This document shows, piece after piece, positions 39,372-52,186 of a stretch of 64,000 nucleotides of DNA. Location: NCBI GenBank assembly GCA_000934665.2, contig KZ538018.1, positions 62,001-126,000 on the forward strand. Direction: 5' to 3'. Under the pieces are notes generated by a model. That model had not been told where the DNA came from and ran no database searches. It worked only from the letters and a program-made list of their open reading frames with translations. The number at the start of each line of letters is the position of its first letter. The first letter of the stretch is position 1. This DNA comes from Catajapyx aquilonaris. Lineage: Eukaryota. A program made the translations under genes and the position numbers.

Positions 39372-40095
39372 GTAAAGAACCGGACGAATTATATTTACAA
39401 TTGAGCTCAAAAACACCCACGAATATCGATATGTATCGATAAGGCAGGGCGTTCACCCATGAATATCGATATATCGTGGGATATTTGAACATAATGTTAT
39501 ATAGCATTATTTTTCTGGCTCTTCAGCACCACCTACGGCGTACAGAGTCTAATTTTTTTTATCTCCTTCAGCTTCCTTCCAGCTCGAGGCGGTCCTCCAG
39601 ACCAAATCTCTTCCTCACGACGACGGATCCCAAAATGCAAAATAATTGGTCGGCAACGTGGCAGGGTGTGACGAAAGGAATAGTTTGGTTAGTTTATTCC
39701 CAGCTGAGAGTGGTGCACACGTGGGCTATCTTTAGAAGGAAGGAACGGGCACCCCCCTCCCCCCCTACCAAAAACTTTCAGAGCTTTAGAATAAGGGGTG
39801 GGGGCGATGTTGTAGTCGAGGTTTGGAAGCTGCATCAGGAGCATGGGGCTAGACTTTGCTGCCGGATAATTTCCCCCCCTCCACCTCTGCTATACATGGA
39901 AAACTGTTAGTGTTGATGGGAGGGTGGACTCAGACCTTGTCACCCCTGAGGCTGGATTTGCGGATGGGATTTGCGGTGGTGTCGTTTCGTCTGATTGCGG
40001 CTCGTTTCACAGCGCGGAACGTGTCGTCCGGACCAAAGTGCGAACCCTAGTATATATATTTTTTTGTGTGTGTGTATCTAGGGGTGTTTGACGTT

Positions 40096-40191
40096 ATGGC
40101 GTGTATCCGTGCGGTCAGGTCGGAGGGATCCGCCGATGATCTTCGGAAGACTGCGACTGGAGCCACCAAATCGCAGAAGAATATCATACAG
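40096..40191 (+). CDS. sick: Probable first coding exon of navigator: MACIRAVRSEGSADDLRKTATGATKSQKNIIQ
   Basis: 32 open codons from ATG to a CAG|gtagat donor. Phase 0, so it reads directly into IYTDW at 48040. Preceded by a CpG-rich leader-like stretch (39950-40050). Nearest plausible upstream candidate to the CH exon. Confidence 0.6.
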
Positions 40192-43100
40192 GTAGATCAA
40201 CAACTTTAGAAAGAAAAAAATATTGTTGAAATACTGAATATAATTGCAGCATTACATGTTGTACGTACTTAATGTTTGCTGACTGACACGTGCGAGGAAA
40301 AAGAGACCGGGAAATAGATTGAGGAACCTTTTTTTTCAGAGGGGGCTTGTACAAAAACAGCGAAAGGAAATAGGTTGGGGGTCAATGGTGCAGACGTTTT
40401 CTTTTGGCTTTGGAGAAACTGCGAGGGTTATATTTTCAGAGGGGTTTTGAGAACTAAAGAAGCTTTTTTACCTTCCGTGGTTTAATTTGCTTGATGTGTG
40501 GTCGTTTCAGGTGGTTTTGTTAGCCAAAAAAAAGACTGCATTTGCCTAAATCCGGATGGTTCTATATACAAGTCAAAGAGATGTTTTCCTCTTGTATGTA
40601 CTGCTCTGGGGAAAAAACATCTGAAGACTCAAAGCTGCTTCTTGGCTCTTCGCCTGTTTTCAGACACTCTTTATGGCGGTTTTAAGGGTGATGAAAAGGT
40701 ATGGCGACAATTTGCGCAATTTGTAGGTCTCATCGACCATGGAACCTGATCTGCGTCGTTATGCTCCTATTCCACTGTACCCCCCAACTGCGTAATGAAA
40801 ACAGCGTTTCGAAATCGACAATGGAGTACCATACCGTATTACACATACTTGATCACTCAGGGACAATGGTGGAGGGATGGGGAGGGGGTGTAATTGGAGT
40901 CATTTGTCCGACCATTCGCAACGTGGTCAATACTCCCAGGAAAATACCGGCCAAAATAATATTGATAAATTGCACGTATTCGGTTACTATCGGCTATTAA
41001 ACAAGCCCGTATTGGTTCTCCTATACCTCCTGTGACTAATGGCAAAACTAACATCAATATCCGCGCATGCAAATTACTTCATATGACCTCATAAATCAAT
41101 TGATAGCCACCAAAAATGGACACGTTCCCAATAAGTCGATACTTCCCCGGTTATTTCCACGTGATGAAACATACTGCGATGAAAGACAAGGCTATTAATC
41201 AGATTTTTAAAAACTCCGGTAATAATCGGTAATGTAACGTGTAATTTTAGGGCTGATCTTTCCTACGCGACGACGTGGTGGGTGGCGCGGGGGGAAGTTC
41301 AGAGAGCGCAACGAACGTTATTGTGGCTTTTCCACGGCAAGAAGTTACTCTTGTGCTTTTCAGAGTTTTTTTAACGTTGCGTTTACGCTATAGAGGTTAC
41401 ATGGTAATCAGTTATGATTACCAGAGTATGTAGGTGGGCTCCTTCTTTCGTGTTTAAGGAGCATGGCAGGGGTCTAAGGAGGAATATCTTCATACTTCTT
41501 CCTTAGAGGTTTATGGAGCTGGCAGGGAGTCCCCTTTTGTTGGCGACAGATGCTCAGCATGCAACCCAGAAGAGATTTACTGGAGCCTTCCTCCCCCGTA
41601 GCTTATTACACATTTTGAACCGCCATGGCCAATTAGGACGAATTTAGTTTACGGTGCAGTATTGACACGTGGAGATATCCTCATGGCAGACCTCCGTTTT
41701 TTTTTTTTTTAAAGGACCACATTCTCCGCAGGTTGGAGCTTTTTTTGGGGGGTGTGATGGCTGGAAGAGGGAAGGGATAGCCTGGAATTTTTCCCGGGCG
41801 GCAGGTCAAATGGATCGTAAAGTCAGCTCAGTGCCTTGAGATCAGAGGCAATCTCCAGTCGGTTATCGGAATAGGGAAGGACCCCAAGGGTTTGGCAGTC
41901 AGCTTGGCGCAAACTGGAGTCTATGGGCGGCCCTGTGGTCCGAAGCCTTTATGGCCCGTTGCAAAGGGTGGGCCATTTCGGCGATATTTTCCAATCGGAG
42001 CTCCTTTGATGAGATTAAGGCCGCGGCCGTCTCCGGACCGACTTGAATCGGAATTGAGGCCCAGGACTCTTAAAAGGCATCGTTTCCTCGCTCCAGAAAC
42101 GACACTCGTTTAGTCCAGGAAACTTCCCAATGTATAGGTTTTAAAAAATCGGCATTTTAACAAAACGAGCTCATAATTTAGAACGGACTTGTTCCGGGAG
42201 TTAAAAAAGTAACAAAAAATCAGAGCAACCGTACCTCTCAAAACCGCGGTCCTGGAAACTACAGGGGGGTGACAGAACTCTGTCGTCATCTGCTCCCGCG
42301 AGCCTCTTCTGACTGACAGATCAAGGAAGTAATTTGCACGTTTATTAGTTTATTTTCTGAGAAGAGACGAGGAGGAATAAGTTAGGTGAAGGGGAGATGG
42401 TGTACACTCCCTTATACTCTCCTCCGAGAGGGGGAAGTTCCTCTCTCTAGTAGATGGCGGACCAAGAACTCGATAACGAGGCCAATCACATCCAGTGTCA
42501 AGGGCTCGTCTGGGTGCGGATTCATGGGGGGGACATTTCTGGCTTTACGACGTGGTTTAACGCAAATGTTTGGCACTGCATACGTAAATGCTCGTTCGAA
42601 AATCCGGATTGCAAATAACCAGGAAGGAAATGTCAAAAGGGAGGGAAATGGGCTATGTTATTGCAAAATGTTTTATTTTAATACCTCCGCTGGATAGAAT
42701 CACCCTGTACGTGATCAAACAACATTATTTTAGAGCTACCAGCACTTACTTTGTTTTTAAAAAGGTGCGTGACTGTACAGTGTACATGCATTATCGACTA
42801 TTAGATGTAGGAAAGCTTATTAGCGAAGGTTAATTTGACAACAATTGGGACCACTGTTGTGATACACTGGTTCCTTGTGTCCTTTGCGTGCAACTTAACC
42901 TTTGGTGATAAACTTGAAGGAACGGTGTACGTCTCAAGAAAAGTGTGTTTCAGATAACACTGAATTGCGAACATTTTTCAGCCCACATGCAACCAACAGC
43001 ATGCAATTGCAATTTTTTTTTAAATATGGAAGTGAGGCGATGGAAGTGTCTTTTTTCTGCAAGGTTGTAATTAACTTCACATTAATAAAATGAAATTTTA

Positions 43101-46100
43101 AAGAGTGAGTCAGCATCTCACACATCGTTATAAGAAAAGGTCTTTTTGGCGCTGAATAAAAACGTGTCTTAGTCACTTGGATGTCGCCCACACGACAGCG
43201 GCTGGATGATGTTACGCCCCCTTTGGGTCGTTGGCTCAAAATTACGTGTCTGGGAGTTTACGCTGGCTTCAAACCCAGAGACCCGGGTAGGTTCTGGCAC
43301 ATGGTCACCATCATCACCTTCCGATTTGGAAACTGTTCCGATCTTCTTCTCCCCCACTGTCTTTTTCGAAGGGGCAAAGGCCTAGAGACCTTCGAGGTGA
43401 AGCTAAATATAATGCAGCTTTTTTGGCTTGTAATGTCACAAGGAGAATTGACACAGTAACCCTACCTTTGTTTGTTTCTTAAGCACTGTTTTTTTTTCGA
43501 TTCCTAGATATAACAGAGATAACGCGCCAAGAGGTCATACGTGACGTGCCAGGTATTTTGAAATTTAACTCTGCCCTTTTTTTGTTATCTGTGGATATGG
43601 ATGTGGCATGTTTATTTACAGAAATTTGATGTTATTATTACTCCCATTATAGAAATATTTTCAAATGCTTTACACATATCAGACTAACCGTGGGCATAAA
43701 CTGTGAGTATGTTCTATGCATATAACCGGAGTATGCGATAATCCGAATTTCTGTGCTGGAGGCGAGAGTGTATAACAAATGGACCGAAAATGGATGGTGG
43801 ATTTGCCCCACTTCCAGCAGCCCTGATTTCCAGACACTGGCAACCGAGCATTACGAAAGTAAATCAGCAGGAAAAGCAGGAAATATGACAGTGACTTTGT
43901 TCACTACATGAAAAAAGTGCGTCTTTGAGTCTCACCCTAACGGAGGTCTATGATTAACGCCTTCTTTTTAGAGGGGGGTTGCTTGATTCATAGACTGGCA
44001 ACCCTCGTGCTATTTGAGGGTTATAGGAAGGGAGGGAAGACTGCGCAAAAAAAAAATCCAATTCCCCCGGATTTGAAGGTGGAGCCATGTGTCAAGTGAG
44101 CTAAGGAGCTCCAAAGTCTTCTCGCAGACTCTTTATTGGCAGGTAGGATTGTCCGGAGAGCCACCTTTCCTTAAATTAAACTTGTGTTGGTCCTGAAATG
44201 GTATGAATCGCTCTGGAGCGGCTGTGACTGGGAAGCGGATTTTATCCAGTCGAATTTTGTCCACCTTGTGAGCTCATCTTCACATCAAAAGTTGGACAGC
44301 AAAGTGAAAAGTTCGTATTAGCAAACTTTTTACTCACCCTGCCAATATGTGTTTCGGGAAATGCCTCTTGCAGTGTGTGTCCCCCCTCCCCTTTTTTCGG
44401 AGAGAAGAAGCGCGTGTGTCCCATGTCAGCCTTGTAATAATATGTAAATTACCCCCCATTGGCCACGTGGGGTTTGATGGGGGAATTCGCAACCTATGGG
44501 CTCCAACTTTGCGATGAAAAGCTCGGTAGCAGGAAGAGCCGGCTCCCGAAAAAAGTGGGAAGCAAAAATTGCATATGTTTTCACAACACGCTGGTGTTGG
44601 CCATTATTTTTGACGTATCGCATTACTCCGGACTTGAAACTACTCGAGTTAATATCTTCCGGTGTTTTTGTGGGGGTTTTCTGGCCTTCACACACAAAAA
44701 AATGTAGGGCCCGGGTGTGAATCATGAATTTAAGGCATATAGAGGGGGGCTACCCTTACAACATGTGCTCACATCTGTGGAGGAATCTTCTCTTAGCGTA
44801 AATATTAGAAGTGAGCCACTCAAAGGGAGGTCACATGAGTGTTTACAACAAACGATTAATGTCTGAACTGGAATTGGGCAGTCATGAGGTATGTTCTGGT
44901 GTCGACTTTAATTCTCATTAACTCTGGAAGGATTTGCGCTAATGTGTAGAATCTCTTTGCATCATTAATGTACTGCTTCTTCAAGTGATGTTATTATAAG
45001 GAGCGTAAGATGACAGGGCTGTGTTTTGCCTCCAACTTTCTACTGTACCAAAGTGTTTCCTCCCGCCCTCTACCACCTAATTAAGCTAATATATTAAGCG
45101 AACGAGAATTTCATTAACGCGTCTGGGCCCATTATTTTTTATATTTTTTTAGCTAGAGGCAAAATTTTGGCTCCTCCACCACATGGCCCTCTCCGAAATC
45201 TAACTGTACCAAGGACAAAACGCCCTGGCTCATTCCCAAAATCCTCGATGGGTAAGCCCCTCAAAATGATTCTTTCTTGCCAGGCCATCGCCCCTGGGCC
45301 TTTCCTATGTAAATATACCAACAATATTCCCCTGGAGGACGTCACGCCGTGTTATAAAGATGAAAACTCTGCCGATAAATTATAAGGGACAAGCGCTAAT
45401 AGTGTATCTCACACGACTTAATCAATGAGTCGGGGGACTGTTAATCACCTGTTTTTTTTTAATGATGTGATTCAGGGAGCCGCACTCTCCAGGTGAAATT
45501 TTTTCGCCTGTGGGTGTGTATATCACTTTGGAAGCTCAACCCTCCGATAATTTGCATGGGAAGTGGCTCGGAAGTTGGGAAGTCGGGTCCGGGTGCGTGG
45601 ATTTATCTCGAAATGTCAGGAACAAAAAAGGAGAGCAAGTCTGATGGGGAAATGGCGTGCTCACCGCCATTGGGTCTGGCAATGTATCACTCGCGACGCG
45701 GCTCGAATAACTCATTGACTTCTTAAAGGACTGCCGGTGAAAATGCCGACGGGGTCATTTAATGTGGAAGGAGGGGTGTCCCCCAAACATTTTTCACCAC
45801 GTGCCGAAAGGTATGAAGAGGGAGAGAGGATTAATCCATGGAGCTTGATTATAGGGTTGAGACGAAGGTTGATATTAATTTTAAACGTTGCTCTTCCTTG
45901 TAGCTCTTGGTTAAGAGAAAACGATTATATGGACTACAAACTGTCTCATATGTACTATAAAAGATAATGAGGTCCTAGCATTGGTCTGAGATTTGGGTAA
46001 TTTGTACACGAATAGCTCAATTCCACAACTTTTCAGCACCAAAATGTCATTATCGCATGTTTAAAAATGGCGGGTAAAAAGGGGGCGTGGCCTAGGGGCG

Positions 46101-48039
46101 CATTCCGACCCATGCCTAACCACAGTGACGTCAGCAGACAGGTGCACCTACTTTACTTGGCTGTCATTCCATTCCGTTGGTATAGGGTCGCCAACAAAGC
46201 AAAGAAAACAAACAAACAAAGCAGCCATCTGCCTCTGCACCGATCGGTTTAGCCACAGTGACGTCAGAGGGCAATACGATACCGTATAATTAATATAATT
46301 TTAAATCGATCATAGTTCGAAAATTAATACTTATATCTTCAAACGAAAAAAACACTAGAATTCATTTTAAAATCATGACGATTTCTTTTACATAGGTTTA
46401 CAGAATGTATAATAGGCTACAACCCATTGTTGCACATTATGCACACCCTGTACAGTGCTGTGATTCAGAAAGTGCACTTTCCTCGCATGTGTGTGTCGTA
46501 CTCCAGCCTCAGTGCTTCCATGAGTATAAGCAAACACCACGATACGTTTGCACAAGTTGGCACATCGTACGCACTTTATTTGCATTGCTGTCCAACCTTT
46601 CTGCCACAAGTCTTTTGCACTAATTTGCTCAGCGGCCATTTGTGTATTGGACATTAACAGTACTTGGAAAACGACGAATTTGTGAAGCAAAATGTTACAA
46701 TTTTTAAAACATAAATTATAGCATATGCATGTTGTTGCCTGTTGGCCAATATTGCACAATTGTGTTTTTAAAGCTGAAATCACATTTTTGTTACTACATT
46801 TGAGCCGCATTTTGGACCCTGTAAACGCCATGCTACCTGCTGGGCTCCAGGGGACATGATCTTCCAGCATCCCCCCCTCTTGTTGCTTTTTTTTTGTTCT
46901 CCAGAAAATAAAGCCAGATTACATTTCTCCAGCGGAAGGAAAAGCCGTGTTTTTGGGGTCCCGGTTGTATAACGCCTGGGGTGCACTTTGTTGCCATGGT
47001 CCAATCCCAGAAAGCCCTGGCAATTTTCTGCCGCCCTGTTTTGTCTCATATGTACGAGACCCCTGGAGTTATTTTCCGCCCCAGTTTGCGCCACATGTCC
47101 ACACGACCCATTTGCAAGCTGGGGCGTCAATATTCATTTTAAAAGTGACAATTGGCACCCTGCTGGGACTCCAAAAAGGGGGGGAGTTGAAGCATGCGTG
47201 GATATAATACGTGATTCTTAATTTTTGAATCGTGTTTTTTTTTCGATTAGGAAGAATCGATTTTGAAGCGTACCAAAAAAATAGGGGTTGAGATTTTGTC
47301 GCGCACAATCAGTTTGATGGGGGGTGCTTGTCAAATGCCTCGTAAGGTGGAGGTGACGGATGTCATGTGAGACGTACGGGTCGGGAAAATAAAATTGAAA
47401 AGAATGAAAGGTAAAAAAAAAAAAAAGATGGATGGAGTTGGATGCGGTACTGACATGTTTTTTTATACATATTCTGCACAGGAATAGCGCCAGTGAGCTC
47501 AAGCACACTTGATTGGATGGTCCGATCAATCCTGCCAAACTCTAATGTATTTTTAACCCCTTTGGCACTGACGCAATTAAGATATGATGTATGTACCCAT
47601 TTCTCAAAAGCAAATCTCTGAATAATAATTATGCGTGGTATATCATGTAACTGCATTGTTGACTTTTTGAATGTAAAATATGTGGCTAACCTAACTCAAT
47701 TTCGACCAGGTCTTCACATATTGCGACTCATGTTATTATTGTATTGCAGGGGAATTCACTTACTCATCATGTACCGTATGTTATGTTTCATAAGTTGATT
47801 GTGAAGGCCATTAGACACATTTGTCAACCGAATGGTTTTGTGGCCGGTCTACCCCCTCGATCCCATCCATTATTACATTACCAGAGGTCATTATAGTGTC
47901 AGCCCTCATCGGCTGCAATATTATATATTGGAAGGGAAGATCCCCCCTCTCTTTAATAATTTCATTGTTGTCAAGGGCGTCATACTGAGCGTCATTGAAA
48001 GCATTAAACTCATTGTTTTCTGTTCTTGTTCCTTTCCAG

Positions 48040-48157
48040 ATATACACTGATTGGGCCAATCATTACCTGGAGAAGGCTCGTTGTAAGCGCCACATCCAGG
48101 ATTTGCAAGCTGACGTCACAGACGGAGTTCTGCTGGCCGATCTCATCGAAGCCGTCA
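48040..48157 (+). CDS. sick: Neuron navigator (sickie/unc-53/NAV2-like) coding exon, first part of CH domain: IYTDWANHYLEKARCKRHIQDLQADVTDGVLLADLIEAV
   Basis: The translation matches the navigator CH-domain signature IYTDWANHYL...DLQxDVTDGVLLA. Polypyrimidine acceptor ttttctgttcttgttcctttccag|ATA (phase 0) and donor A|gtaagt (phase 1). 118 nt. Confidence 0.95.
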
Positions 48158-49177
48158 GTAAGTACTCATCATCGCTTACAGAATAATTAGAGTAATTAGA
48201 CGGAGGGGTAGTTGTACAAGTACAGGCCGCTGATGGACGCAGGCGGTTCTCTCTGTGTACGTGCAGGTTTTCTCGAGCTGACACCATTTGCACTGCCATC
48301 TACCGGAGCGGACCATATAACTTTTGCAAACTGGTCCATCGCGTCATTCCCACCAATTAAATAAGCTGCGGCCACAGAACACACTTCGCTCCTGCTACAA
48401 ACGAACCTAAATTGCAAAATCGCGTGGACTTTCTCCATCAGCACAAAAGTCCCATCCGGAATTTGAATCAGCCAGCGATTATGAAGTGATCCCCCCACCC
48501 TTTTCCACTCATGTGATCCACTCAACCCGGAACAAAACCGCTGGGTGAAATGCATGTGGGGAGAAATAGAGAGGGGTGTGGAGGACCTTCCCCAAAACTG
48601 GGATGCCTGGGATTCCTCTCGTGGTTTCACCTTATTGATTGTCATCCCCCAACGCAATGGATTGAGGACAAGACAGCCCTGGACACAAATGAAGTTGGAG
48701 TAGATACAGTCACATTTACTGTTGTTTGAAGGGAAGCCTCCCCCCTCCCCCTTTCAAAATGGCCTGCTTTTGTGAAGCAGAATTGCAGCACAGGGAGACA
48801 TTTCAATTTTACTAATCACTTTTCATATCAGACGTGCATTGTATTTTCCACCACAGATACTATGGGTGCATGTAAATTATATTCATCGCTTGCAGGATAC
48901 GTGCCCAGGGCATCGTAGTGGGGAAACTTTTGGGATTGTCATCGCCGGAAGTGTCATCCGATATTAGGGTGGGGCTTTACTCTACAAGGTTGTAAGCGAC
49001 AAACTTGTCATAAACGAGGCGTTTAGTAGGGGGTTTTACTGCGAAAAGGCGACAGAGGATATTCCTAGCCCAGGTTCTTAGGTTCTTCCTGTGTGGTTCA
49101 AACGATTTTAGGCCGGATAACCCAAAGTATATGTATACAGGATTCTGCATTGCTTAAGTACAAGTCGACAGGGTTCC

Positions 49178-49220
49178 GAGTTACGTACGAGTTGCGTACG
49201 AGTTACGTAAGTCGGGAACT
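49178..49220. repeat. Three 11-bp tandem units (GAGTTACGTAC) within a small imperfect inverted repeat
   Basis: gttccGAGTTACGTAC GAGTTGCGTAC GAGTTACGTAAgtcgggaac. Confidence 0.55.
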
Positions 49221-52133
49221 TCCTTTATCCCACATCTCAATACCTTTCTCCAAATGGGTCTCATTATAAGTAGGATTATAACAGGTGCTGTAACTTTGCA
49301 ATTAAAAACCGACCTGAATTAAACCCCGATTTATCCAGCAGCTTTAATTGTCAGATTCGCACCACTCCAGGTTTCCAAAGCAATCCCTTTTTCACAGTCC
49401 CGGGCCTTCAAAATTTTGTTTGACTTCTCCTCATCCACATGACAGTTTAATCCTTTGGTTCTTTGACTCGAGCCCCGTGGACCTCAAGCCCACCCGTTTA
49501 ATTTCGGGCTTCCAACAGGGTCCCTCGTTCACACTTCTGATTTAACTTCAAATCCTTCCTCCAACACCCAACCCCTCTGAAAATTCAAACTCGGTCTTCA
49601 CGGTCTAACTCACTCTGGCACTCTCTTAAGCCCTTACTTGATCCTTCTGCTATAGCAAAACCTTCCGCACTGATTATCAATAATGCACGTGCGATGATTT
49701 CGGACCTAAAGTACTCCGAGTGCCTTCGAGATTTACTGAAGGAATTTTGATGCAATATTAATTTTTCTTAAACTTCCTGTTTTTGTCTATGTGTACGGGG
49801 TAAAGGCACGTGCACTGTTCCATAATTCTTAAGACTACAAATCTCCTTCCCCCCTTTTTTATGGAGAATTGTCTCTTGAGGAATGCGAGCAGCAGGGTCC
49901 TTATTCGGCCAGAAGGCACAAGCGCCATGGGGGGAGAGAAAGGGAAAGGAAAATTAGCTGGCTGGATCCGACTTCCAGATTTATTTGGGTAACTAATGAA
50001 GTTTACCCCCCGATAGTCAGTTGTAGTCTGAAGGGTAGGGCTGCTGCTGGATATATAGGGGAGCACACAGACTAGGAGGCATAAATTTATCAGAAGTGTG
50101 TTCACTGTGCATAATTGAGGCCTGAATGCACAGGTGAATGCCCAGGAGCTTGATTAATTATTAATAAAAGACTGCGTGGTCTCAAGATATTGTGTTGACC
50201 ACTCCCAGTCCTGCCTGCCTTTCCCCCCCCCCCCTCATCTGGAGCAGAGTTATATAAATAAACTAGGGGGCACTGTATTATAGATACATATCAAGCTTAT
50301 CTGGATCAAGCGGAGTGTGCACTGTTGAAATTTCAGGTGTGAGTTTTAATTATTGCACATTCGGCCACTCTCTGTAGCCCTTAGGCGAACTGTGAGCAGG
50401 TTTAGTCCTTAGTAAGAATTAAATTCATGCTGCGACTGTACTTTATTAGTGTACATAATAGTGTATTAGGCCTACCAAATATTTACAGCTTGTTTAAGTA
50501 CGGCTGTGGAATATTTCGTGTCATTACACATGCAGTAGTGAAATAATAAAAAAAACATTAAAATTTTGTGTGGCAGCAGAGGCGGATGATCATTCAGCAG
50601 CAGGCCAGTAGCACTCAACAGAAGTGTATAATTATGAGTCTATTATAGGGCTCTTAAATTCCTTGTATACAGTACTTGTAACGAGAGCTCTTCCTGAGAA
50701 AAAGGGAGGCTCATGGCGCATGTGTTAGCATGAGGATTCAGCATGCATCAACATGATGTTAAGAATTCACCCATGGATGTTTGTTATCACATCCCATTTT
50801 CCGCAAAGTTCAGTTACAAAATTTAGGATGACTTATATCCAAAGATAACGTGACATACCAGAAATAAGTTGTGCTTTGTTTGAATCGCGTTGACAACGTC
50901 GTACAATTTTCAAGGTTATAGGCTCCGTCAATGGCCTTCTTTTTCTTGGTACTCTATAGTATAATTTTTTAATTGCATGATGCTCTTTCATTAGATTCTG
51001 AGAAACGCAGTGCAATCATCGCTCCATAACTGCGCACATGCAGATGCGTGATCTTGTCTGGGTCAGTCACCAGTATTAAATTCGCGATTACTGCTGATGA
51101 TAAGGATATTGCTCTCTATAAAAACCACCATCCATCCGACTTACGAATATGATGAAACATTGTAAAAACCCAGTGCCCTTCAAAAAAATAACAGCTGCCA
51201 AAGATGCAGTACATTGTGGCAAAACCACAGATAGAAATGATAATAAACAGGCCCGCCTTAAGCAAATTCCATGGAACAGACTTCCAGTGTAGTTGTATAT
51301 AGGAGTAACAAAAGTGACGATTTATTGTGACAGTGTCGTTACTATATTTAACTGGCTTTAACCACAGCTTTATATACAGTGTGTTTCGTACAGTCTTATT
51401 ATCGAAGCTACTGAAGCTACTGATACAAAATAACATATATGCATAAGATGTGATATAATTAATCACAGAAGGATGTTTCATGTACCGGTATTAATAAAGA
51501 AGAGCTAATAGAGCTGTAAGCTTATCTTCACCATATTTAACATGCTTTCAGCCCACTGTATATCGCTCTATCTTCACCATCAGTAGAGTCCTGCCCTCAT
51601 CGATGATCTTTCAAGAATATGACAAAGACCTTAAGCCCAAACCTTAAGAGGGCAATGAGAACCCATCGGTCCGTGTTTGTGGGCCGGAGGAGGTAATTAA
51701 TTAACGCCTATTGATTAGCACCAGACCCAAGTCTTGACAAGCAGACCATCAATCACAGTCAAAGGCTAGTATCAGTGACAGCCAGAAGAGGGAGACCCAA
51801 TTTTGACAAAAAAAGAGAGACGCCTTTTTAGCCCTGATATTTAGAAATTGCTGTACATGAAACAAGTGTTGGGAAGCGCTGGAAACAATGTAACAAGCCA
51901 TGAATTTTTTACTGTGTACCACACAGTGTGTGAAACGACTCAACGAGTCGAGGGTAGCATAGAAAATAATTTAATCCTGTGAATAGCAAAGAAGGATGTT
52001 TTTAAATCCTTGTACTCAGGTAATAAATCGCACTAGAAAGTGCTTAGAGAACATAAACAATCAATCTTGTTGATGTAGACCTCCCTGTTTTTAAATGGTG
52101 CCCCATTTTTCTTTCTTTTTTTCTCCATTCTAG

Positions 52134-52186
52134 CCAACCAGAAAGTGCCTGACATCAATAGGAAGCCCAAAAGCTCATCCCAGATG
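52134..52186 (+). CDS. sick: Neuron navigator coding exon, CH domain continued: (T)NQKVPDINRKPKSSSQM
   Basis: Long pyrimidine tract ending ttctccattctag|CC and donor ATG|gtaagt. The phase-1 start joins the previous exon in frame (A+CC=Thr). The peptide aligns with the navigator segment that follows (NEKIEDINGCPKNRSQM in NAV2, as recalled). Too short for the ORF track. Confidence 0.93.

Noticed and set aside
47995..48186. ORF-track protein MKALNSLFSVLVPFQIYTDW...SKYSSSLTE as a single small gene
   Set aside because: Only 48040-48157 is exonic. The flanks are translated splice-acceptor and donor sequence.
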